From Gemmatimonadota bacterium (lineage in GTDB: Bacteria > Gemmatimonadota > Gemmatimonadetes > Gemmatimonadales > GWC2-71-9): a stretch of 64,000 nucleotides of DNA. The stretch lies in contig JAKLGU010000001.1 of NCBI GenBank assembly GCA_022710485.1, positions 468,315 through 532,314 of the forward strand, read 5' to 3'. Shown here in pieces: positions 19,347 to 26,038 of the stretch. Made by a program: the position numbers and the translations under genes. Under the pieces are notes generated by a model. The model saw nothing but the letters and a program-made list of their open reading frames with translations. It was not told where the DNA came from and did not search any database. How positions within the stretch are numbered: position 1 is the stretch's first letter; each line of letters starts with the position of its first letter.

Positions 19347-22300
19347 CTAGCGTGGCGAGTATGTCTCAACAACCCCTGTCCATTTCTCACCGGTAACCTG
19401 TTCAAGCTCCTTGCGATAGCCTTCGACTTGCCGCTCGCCTCTCCGCATTGCCGACGGGTTATTCGGCTTCAATTCCTTCACGACCCGCGTCTGGTAGTTG
19501 ACCGCGTCTGGCCTCTTTCCGCTTGGGAGCCGCTCCTCCTTCACGAACCCTGGGCCTGGGTCCCACGCACGGTGAACCGCCCGACCTTGCGCAGCCTGAA
19601 CGGACTCCCCTCCACGCGCAACCCTTGCTCCGGCATCCGCCGCCCCTATCACCCGCTTGGCGACCCCGAACGATGGCACCCCCGGTACCGCGCCAGCGAC
19701 GTCAAGAGCCGCGTTCACGAACGTGCCGAGCGAGGGTGCAGCGACGAATTCTACGACACTCGCTACCGCAACCGCGATGTCCACGCAATTGGATGGTGGG
19801 ATCGGACACAATCCAAACGGATCGGTGTAGGTCGCCGGGTTGTTCCCATTAAACTGGTACAGGTTCAGCCCGCCCGCCACCCCGAGCGGATCCTCCTGCT
19901 TCCACCGCCCCGTCCGGCTGTCGTACGCCCGGTTCCGGAAGTAGGAGACCCCTCCCGGGGCCCCGCTCCCCTGCCGGTTCACGTCGAAGGTGAAGCCGTT
20001 CTGCGTCGCGCCGGCGTACTGCCACCCGCCCCGGTCCGTCGAGACGTCGGCGTCCACCAGGAAGCCCGAGCTATCGCCTACCGCCAGCTGCCGGCCCTGG
20101 CCGTCCATCACGAAGTAGAGGGTCTGGCGGTAGGCGGCGCTCAGGGCAAAGCGCCCCAGAAGGAGCTCGTCCGCCCCCGGGGCGCTCACGAAGCGCCAGC
20201 CGGTGATCATCGCCGCCGCGTTGGGCCCGTCATGGGTGGTCCAGACCGCGTCGAGCGCGCAGGGCAGGCTCGGCTGCCCCTCGGGGTCGTACTGGCATCG
20301 GGTGGGGTGGAAGTGGTGCGCCAGGTTCCCGTTGGGATCGAAGCCGTCGGCGTAGCGGTACCCCGTGTTGCGGCCCAGCGCGTCGTAATACTCCCACCGC
20401 TGGAGCGGCGCATTCACCGTCGTGACCGGGGCCGAGTCCCGAACCCGGGACCCGTCGGCGTCGTACCGAAAGTCCACCCGGGTGCCGGAGAGGACGTTGC
20501 GGTCGTACTGGACGCGGTTGCTGAGCGCCGCGATGGCCATGGTGTCCCGGCCCGGGTAGCCCCCGCTCGACTGGTAGCGCACGATCAGGTTGCCGGACGC
20601 ATCGTAGCGCAGCGAGTCCACCTTGAGCTCGTCCCGCTGGATGACGAGCTCGCTCCGCCGGTTATAGCGATTGGAGAGATTGCGCTGGCTTCCCGCCGCC
20701 CCGCCCTTCCCGCACGGCAGGAGCAGGCTGTCCTGGCTGTTGAAGGAGGTGCAGCTAGTCCGCTGGTGCAGGATGCGCCCGATCGCATCCACGGAGTCGA
20801 CCAGGAAGGTGAAGTCGAAGCGGTCGGTGCCGCCCGTCGGCGCGGCGGGATTGGCGGACACGACCCGGCGCAGGACCCCGAGCGCGTCGTAGGAATAGGC
20901 GACGGTCATCCCCGGGATGGGGTAGGTGATCTGCCGCCGCCGGCCCAGCGCGTCGTACGTAAAGGTGAAGACGCGCGTGGCCATGGCATTCGCGAAGCCG
21001 CTGCTGTCCATGCGCACCACCATCGAATCCAGGGTGCCCGTGGCCTGTCCATACACGTACCGCACGGAGTCTTGGCCCCCGGCCACGAGCAGGGTGCGCG
21101 CCCCCGTGGCGTCGTAGGTGTAGTCCAGCGAGTCGGTAAAGCCGGTCACCGTGGTCTTGGTGCGGAGCGCGCCGTCCCCCCAGTACGTCCGGCGGATGAC
21201 GTGACCCTGCTGGTTGCGGCTCACCAGCAGGTTCCCGAGCAGGTCGTAGGTGGAGCTGAGGCTGTCGCCGGGGATGAGGGTGCCATCCCCGGGGAAGGTG
21301 CTGGCCCGTTGGGGGAAGATCAGGGCCGTCCGTCGGCCCAGGGAGTCATACCGGTACCGGGTCACGAAGCCGGTCCGGGTGCGGATCGAGTCCAGCAGGC
21401 CGTTCCGGTTGTAATAGAAGAGCTGCTGCGCCCCGGCCTCGTCCTGCTCCCTGGCCACCTGGAGCCGGGCGTCGTGGAGGTACTTGCGCTTGACGTTGCG
21501 CGGATCAAGGATGGAATCCACCGTGCCAGACATCGAGTAGCCGTAGCGCGTGAGCAGCGTGGAGGGCAGCCCGGGCAGGAAGAGTCGGGTGGAATCGACG
21601 CAGACGAACTGATTCGTAAGGCAGCCGCCCAGCGGGCTCGGCACCGTCGGGTGGGTGTGCTTGCTGGTGTAGAAGGTCTGCAGCGTCTCCCGGTTCATCA
21701 CGTCATAGGTGTGCCTGGTCCGGGTCCCGAGGGGGTCGTAGACATCCGTGATCCGCCCGAGGGAATCCACGACGTAGCTCGTGACCACACCCGCCGGGGA
21801 GGTGCCGGTCCGGAGATTCCCGTTGGGGTCGTAGGTGAAGCCCTGCACCTGGTTGCGGACGCTGTCGGTGCCGGCCGACTGGACCCAGGTCTCGACCTGA
21901 TGCTCCGTCACGCTGGTCACGAGCCCCATGAACGCGCCGCTGGCAATGTAGGCAAAAGAGGTGCGGTGACCGCCCGGGTCGATCACGCTATCGGTCAGCC
22001 CCAGGGCGGTGTAGCGATAGTCGGTATGCCGCCCCAGCACGTCCTGCACCCGCGAGGGAGAATCCGGGGCGTTGGCGTTGGCGTAGGAATAGGTGGTCGC
22101 CTTGGTCGGCCGCAGATCCAGGTGCCGCGTGCTGTCGCGTCGCTCCACCAGGTTGCCCCGCGGGTTCCAGCTCATCCGCACGATCCGGCCGCCCGCCCCC
22201 GGCGTCGTGGCGTGCGGATACTGGACGCGCGTCGGCACTGCCGGAAGCGAGGCCGCACTGTCGTAGGCAATGGTCGTGATGGTATTCAGGCCGAGATTGG

Positions 22301-24149
22301 TGATCCTGGTCGGTTGCCCGAAGCGGTTCACGAGGATGTCGCTCGCGTCTCCCGTCCCCGCGATCGGCCCATCGACCCGGCTCGGCAGCCCAGTCGCAGC
22401 GCTCGTGACCCCGGTCGAGGTGTCCGCGTAGGGCAGCGCGAGCCCCTGCTCATCCCACGGCGTGAGCGCCGTCGTCGCAAAGAGCGTCGCCGCGCTGTCG
22501 GTCTGGATATTGACCACGGTGACCCGGGCATTGTTGGCGTATGTGAAACTGGTATACGCGCTGTCGCCCTGCATCCCCTTCCGAGGATAGATCCGTTTGC
22601 TGAGGCGACCGCCCGTATAGGTGAACCGGGTCACCTGGCCGTCCGGATCGGTGAGCGCCCTGAGGGTGTCCAGCGCCATGGTGCTCTTGAGTCGCCGCGC
22701 CCCGGGGTCGCGGATGCTGTCCAAACGGGCCGTCGTCGCGTTCCAGTGGAAGGTGTAGCGCCGCGCCGTGCCAGTGTCCGGCGGCACCGTGATGGTGCTG
22801 AGCCGCGCCTGCCCCGCCACCGTCCCCCATGAGAAGAGGGTGCGCGCGCCGACCCGGTTCCGGGTGAATCGGTGCCGCCCGGTGGCATCGAAGGTCACCG
22901 CCGCGCCGTGCTTGAGGTCTCGGCGGTACCACTGCTGGCATCCCGGCGTGCAGAGAGTGTCGAAGCGGACCAGGCTGTCGGGCGCGTCGCCGACGGCGCC
23001 AAGGAAGGAGTTGCTGCCCGGCGTGGGCTTCGTGTAGAGCCGGATCGAGCCGTCGCCCGCCACCCACACGCGCCGCGTGCTGTCGCTGGGGTCGGTGAAC
23101 ACCTGCTCCAGCCCCAGCAGCGCCCAGCCCTTGCCGAACTCACTGGCGGAGCGGTTGACCACCAGCACGGTGCCGGTCACCGTGGCGTCATAGGTGCTGG
23201 TCGCGTAGACGTTGCGGGCGGTGAGCGTCATCGGGTACGCGCCCGTCGCGAGACCGGTGATCCCGCGGCCGATCACCATCTGTTTCGTCTGGCCCGCGGA
23301 AAAGGAGGCGTACTGGGCGCTGTCCTTCGCCATGCCGGTGGTGGGATTGCCGACGGTGAGGAAGAGCCGGATGCTTTGCGGCGTGTTGGTGCTCGGCGGC
23401 TGCGACACGTTGGCGGCCACCAGGACCAGCCCAGTGGCGGTGGCCGAATTGTAGAGCAGCGCGAGCGAGCGGTCCCGGCCGAGCGTGCGGTACGCCGGCA
23501 GTCCATGCGTCACGAAGAGGTCGCCGCAGGAAATGCCGGCTGCCTCCCCGGCCCCCGTGGTGAGGCAGAGCCCGCGATCGACATTGCTGCCGTTCTGATT
23601 CTGGAGCACGATCGTCGGCGGCCCCACCGCCTCCACCGTGACGGTGTACCAGCCGTAGTCGGTGCCGGAGCTGAGCCCGACCTCCCCGACGCCGCCCGCC
23701 CCGGCCGAGTACGTCACGGTGACCTCCACCTCCTCGTTGGGGTCCAGACTCACCGAGGAGGGGGTGACGGTCCCGCAGGTCAGCGGCCCCGTGGTGCTGC
23801 AGGTGAGGGTCGCCGAGGCGAAGCTGGTGCCGGTATTCCGGACGACGAAGACGGCCGTGTGCCCGGCGGTGTACGCCAGCACGGTGCTGGGCTCGCCATC
23901 GGGCGTCACGACAACGCCGCCGAGACACCCCGAGACGCACATCGGCGTGATGCCGCCGCCGTCCTTTTCCTGTGCGGGGGCGTTGACCGTGATCAGGAAG
24001 AGGAACGACGCAAGACCGAGGAGGAAGCGATGCACGGACCGACTCCGGTGATGAGACGGTCCTCCACTTTGGCAGGCGGCGTGCCGTGCCGCTCCAAACT
24101 CGATGCCCTGACACGTCAACGACTTGCGTGCTCGGGGGAGCCCGGCCAC
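19347..24149 (-). CDS. Rhs/YD-repeat polymorphic toxin with Sec signal peptide and a PD-(D/E)xK (Tox-REase-5-like) C-terminal tip
   Basis: 1600-aa ORF with dozens of YD repeats (YTYDATGARTL, YRYDSLGRRT, FTYDPNGNL, YRYDADGSRV). The core ends in ...NPATYTDPFGL. The tip carries ...LPSGKRPDAVNYQTRVVKELKP...QVEGY. The signal-like segment HRFLLGLASFLFLITVNAPAQE follows an alternative GTG start at 24035, which has GGAG 7 nt upstream. Confidence 0.9.
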   Translation of the reverse strand: MAGLPRARKSLTCQGIEFGAARHAACQSGGPSHHRSRSVHRFLLGLASFLFLITVNAPAQEKDGGGITPMCVSGCLGGVVVTPDGEPSTVLAYTAGHTAVFVVRNTGTSFASATLTCSTTGPLTCGTVTPSSVSLDPNEEVEVTVTYSAGAGGVGEVGLSSGTDYGWYTVTVEAVGPPTIVLQNQNGSNVDRGLCLTTGAGEAAGISCGDLFVTHGLPAYRTLGRDRSLALLYNSATATGLVLVAANVSQPPSTNTPQSIRLFLTVGNPTTGMAKDSAQYASFSAGQTKQMVIGRGITGLATGAYPMTLTARNVYATSTYDATVTGTVLVVNRSASEFGKGWALLGLEQVFTDPSDSTRRVWVAGDGSIRLYTKPTPGSNSFLGAVGDAPDSLVRFDTLCTPGCQQWYRRDLKHGAAVTFDATGRHRFTRNRVGARTLFSWGTVAGQARLSTITVPPDTGTARRYTFHWNATTARLDSIRDPGARRLKSTMALDTLRALTDPDGQVTRFTYTGGRLSKRIYPRKGMQGDSAYTSFTYANNARVTVVNIQTDSAATLFATTALTPWDEQGLALPYADTSTGVTSAATGLPSRVDGPIAGTGDASDILVNRFGQPTRITNLGLNTITTIAYDSAASLPAVPTRVQYPHATTPGAGGRIVRMSWNPRGNLVERRDSTRHLDLRPTKATTYSYANANAPDSPSRVQDVLGRHTDYRYTALGLTDSVIDPGGHRTSFAYIASGAFMGLVTSVTEHQVETWVQSAGTDSVRNQVQGFTYDPNGNLRTGTSPAGVVTSYVVDSLGRITDVYDPLGTRTRHTYDVMNRETLQTFYTSKHTHPTVPSPLGGCLTNQFVCVDSTRLFLPGLPSTLLTRYGYSMSGTVDSILDPRNVKRKYLHDARLQVAREQDEAGAQQLFYYNRNGLLDSIRTRTGFVTRYRYDSLGRRTALIFPQRASTFPGDGTLIPGDSLSSTYDLLGNLLVSRNQQGHVIRRTYWGDGALRTKTTVTGFTDSLDYTYDATGARTLLVAGGQDSVRYVYGQATGTLDSMVVRMDSSGFANAMATRVFTFTYDALGRRRQITYPIPGMTVAYSYDALGVLRRVVSANPAAPTGGTDRFDFTFLVDSVDAIGRILHQRTSCTSFNSQDSLLLPCGKGGAAGSQRNLSNRYNRRSELVIQRDELKVDSLRYDASGNLIVRYQSSGGYPGRDTMAIAALSNRVQYDRNVLSGTRVDFRYDADGSRVRDSAPVTTVNAPLQRWEYYDALGRNTGYRYADGFDPNGNLAHHFHPTRCQYDPEGQPSLPCALDAVWTTHDGPNAAAMITGWRFVSAPGADELLLGRFALSAAYRQTLYFVMDGQGRQLAVGDSSGFLVDADVSTDRGGWQYAGATQNGFTFDVNRQGSGAPGGVSYFRNRAYDSRTGRWKQEDPLGVAGGLNLYQFNGNNPATYTDPFGLCPIPPSNCVDIAVAVASVVEFVAAPSLGTFVNAALDVAGAVPGVPSFGVAKRVIGAADAGARVARGGESVQAAQGRAVHRAWDPGPGFVKEERLPSGKRPDAVNYQTRVVKELKPNNPSAMRRGERQVEGYRKELEQVTGEKWTGVVETYSPR
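19804..20220. repeat. Rhs core-end homology block (full-length gene copy)
   Basis: Partner of 18255-18631. Confidence 0.9.
24071..24086 (-). promoter_or_regulatory. candidate sigma54 (-24/-12) promoter for the Rhs gene
   Basis: The minus strand reads cGGCACGccgcCTGCc, which is GG-N10-GC spacing against the consensus TGGCACG-N4-TTGC. It lies ~36 nt upstream of the alternative GTG start at 24035 and 112 nt downstream of the AAA+ activator stop. Confidence 0.3.
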
Positions 24150-24197
24150 CTGCCCCAGGCGCGCTGGGCGCGCGCGTCCGCGCGCGCCTCCCGCGGA

Positions 24198-25232
24198 TCA
24201 CACCCCGAGGTGCACCGTGAGGCCGAGGGCCTTCATCCGCCGATAGAGCTGATGCACCGAGATCCCCAGGGCCGCAGCCGCCGCGGAGCGGCGATACCCA
24301 GCGTCCACAAGGGCCTGCACAATTGCGGAGCGGGCCGCAGCGTCAACCGCGCGACCCAGCTGTCCGTTCCCATTCAACGGCCGGTGCCCGGGCCACTGCA
24401 CCGCTCCTCGGAGGACAGACGTCGTGAGCGGCCCGTCCCCCGCCTCGAACAGGGCCCGCTCGACCACCCGCAGGAGTTCCCGCACATTCCCTGGCCAGTC
24501 GTGCCCTGACAGCGCCAGTGCGATCTCCTCGCGGGGGAGCTGAGGCCTCCCCATCCGACTGAGCAGGTGGTTGACCAGCAACGGTACATCCTCGAGCCGT
24601 TCACGCAGGGGCGGGAGTTCGATGGTGATTGCCGACACCCGGTGCCAGAAGTCCATGCGCCACCGGCGGTCCCGCACCAGCAGCTCAGCGGGCTGCTGCA
24701 GCGCCAGGAGAAGGCGAAAGCGGGCACTTCGCTCCTCCCTGTCCCCGACGCGGCGCACACGTCGCGTTTCGAGCACGCGGAGCAGCGCACTCTGCACGGC
24801 CGGCGAGAGCTCGCATGCCTCATCCAGAAAGAGTGTCCCGCCCTCAGCCGCCTCGATAAGGCCGGGTCGGTCCGTGGCGTCCGTGAACGCGCCACGCCGG
24901 GTTCCGAAGAGTTCCGACTCAACCAGCTGGGCGCTGAGGGAGGCGACGTTCAGCGCAACCAGAGGGCCGGTTCGCCTCGACAGCCGGTGCAAGGCGGTCG
25001 CCACGAGCTCCTTGCCCGTCCCCGTCTCACCCGTGATCGCGACGGGAACATCAAGGACCGCGGCGCGTCGGACCTGATCGAGGAGCGGCGCCAGCCAGCG
25101 CGCCGCGCCCACCATGCCAAGATCACTGCCTCCCGTAGAGTCCTCGCATGAGTGCACCTGTGGGAACATGGACCACCTCGGCGTCGCGCCGGCGAGAGAG
25201 TGGAGCAGGGTGCTGCGAGCAGGATGGGCCAC
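24198..25232 (-). CDS. sigma54-interaction-domain AAA+ transcriptional activator (bEBP-like) with C-terminal Fis-type HTH and no sensory domain
   Basis: Walker A VAITGETGTGKE, ESELFG, a GAFTGA-loop variant (RRGAFTDA), Walker B GTLFLDEA, and the HTH AAAALGISVHQLYRRMKAL. Only ~40 aa precede the AAA+ core. The start may be the ATG at 25115 (MVGAARWL, with GGGAGG upstream). Confidence 0.8.
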   Translation of the reverse strand: MAHPARSTLLHSLAGATPRWSMFPQVHSCEDSTGGSDLGMVGAARWLAPLLDQVRRAAVLDVPVAITGETGTGKELVATALHRLSRRTGPLVALNVASLSAQLVESELFGTRRGAFTDATDRPGLIEAAEGGTLFLDEACELSPAVQSALLRVLETRRVRRVGDREERSARFRLLLALQQPAELLVRDRRWRMDFWHRVSAITIELPPLRERLEDVPLLVNHLLSRMGRPQLPREEIALALSGHDWPGNVRELLRVVERALFEAGDGPLTTSVLRGAVQWPGHRPLNGNGQLGRAVDAAARSAIVQALVDAGYRRSAAAAALGISVHQLYRRMKALGLTVHLGV

Positions 25233-25583
25233 CTCAGCCAGGAGATCGAGCGGAGACGACCCGGATGGCTTTGATGGGAGATAAGGCAGGAGATGGGCCA
25301 GCGTCGCAACGAGGGGGGGGCAATCCTACAACGTCTTTTCCTGCAAGTCCTTACGGGTATGCGTCTCCCTCGTTAACACCGGGCGCGTGCACACAGACCC
25401 AAATGATATTCTCGCAACCTATTGAAAGACAGCAACTTACGAAAACCACCCGCACAGTCGATATTGTGCACGTAGCTAACGCCATTAACAGCAATGTCTT
25501 ACGGGTCTGGGAGGCGGGAGTCGAGCCTATTCTGGTGAATTCTTGCCCTCTTGATTGTGCACGCGAGTTCTTCGTCGCTAGAG

Positions 25584-25720
25584 CGGCATTCACCCGTGCT
25601 TCTTGGCCGGGTTCCGGTCCCGCTTGGTCCGGAGGGCCCCACGGGACACACGATCGCGCCGACGCTAGCCTACCCGCTCGACGAGAGTACGGGCGCTCCT
25701 GAATCCGGGGACCCGCCGGG
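25584..25720. repeat. att-like repeat copy B: partial pccB 3'-end copy (25584-25639) plus arm X (25640-~25720)
   Basis: Aligns to 16984-17120 at a constant 8,600-bp offset. Identity is high to 25684 and then decays. Confidence 0.8.
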
Positions 25721-25749
25721 CGCTAGCCACTCGCGGTCGGCAACCCAAC

Positions 25750-25923
25750 AAGGGGTGGGCTCACGCCCACCCCTTGCCAAAGGAAACGCAACTTCTTGGC
25801 GGGTGGCATCGCAGCGGTGCGGTTCCAGCGCTTCCAGGTTGCGTCCCCCTCCACGAGGGGTGGCCGTGAGGCCACCCCGTGGCCGAAGCAATCTCGACCC
25901 GAAAGGTGTGGCCATATGGCCAC
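25750..25923. repeat. cluster of three GC-rich perfect hairpins (REP-like)
   Basis: First, aaggggtgggc-tcac-gcccacccctt at 25750-25775. Second, ggggtggcc-gtga-ggccacccc at 25857-25878. Third, the 16-nt palindrome gtggccatatggccac at 25908-25923. A related ggggtgg-agg-ccacccc lies at 29561-29577. Confidence 0.7.
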
Positions 25924-25946
25924 GCCGATTGCGCCCCCCCTTGCGC

Positions 25947-26038
25947 CCACCCCGCCCCGCTGCCCCCCTGCCCCGCCTACAACGGCATGCACCCGTGCTT
26001 CTTCGCCGGATTCCGGTCCCGCTTGGTCCGGAGGGCCC
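25947..26038. repeat. att-like repeat copy C: the functional 3' end of pccB (stop + last 59 nt) plus 30 nt downstream
   Basis: Matches 16948-17039 at 91/92 positions. The only mismatch is 26010 a versus 17011 g. Confidence 0.9.

Larger units (their letters stand above)
16948..26038. mobile_element. putative integrated (decayed) genomic island carrying the Rhs toxin locus, bounded by direct repeats of the pccB 3' end
   Basis: 92-bp direct repeats (1 mismatch) lie 8,999 bp apart, and an internal third partial copy is present. GC content dips inside. No integrase was seen. See the findings. Confidence 0.5.

Noticed and set aside
18255-20220. Whether the near-identical 380-bp pair could be a template/variable repeat of a diversity-generating retroelement.
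   Set aside because: The ~9 substitutions between the copies are G/C, C/G, A/G and C/T changes with no adenine-specific pattern. No reverse transcriptase is nearby. Orphan-Rhs recombination homology explains the pair better.
25463-25563. Direct repeat ATTGTGCACG (25463-25472 and 25554-25563) and a duplicated CTTACGGGT in the AT-rich region, as possible activator binding sites.
   Set aside because: A single 10-mer recurrence within ~350 bp is only marginally unlikely by chance. Nothing ties it to a promoter, so it is not supportable without binding or conservation data.
25351-25593. 80-aa minus-strand ORF in the AT-rich spacer upstream of the AAA+ activator, as a possible small island gene or missing partner or recombinase.
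   Set aside because: It has no ribosome-binding site and an odd Cys/Val-rich composition (…VVFVSCCLSIGCENIIWVCVH…). It also overlaps repeat copy B. It is more likely non-coding promoter or regulatory DNA. I also inspected 17126-17207 and 18621-18890 and found no recombinase-sized ORF there.
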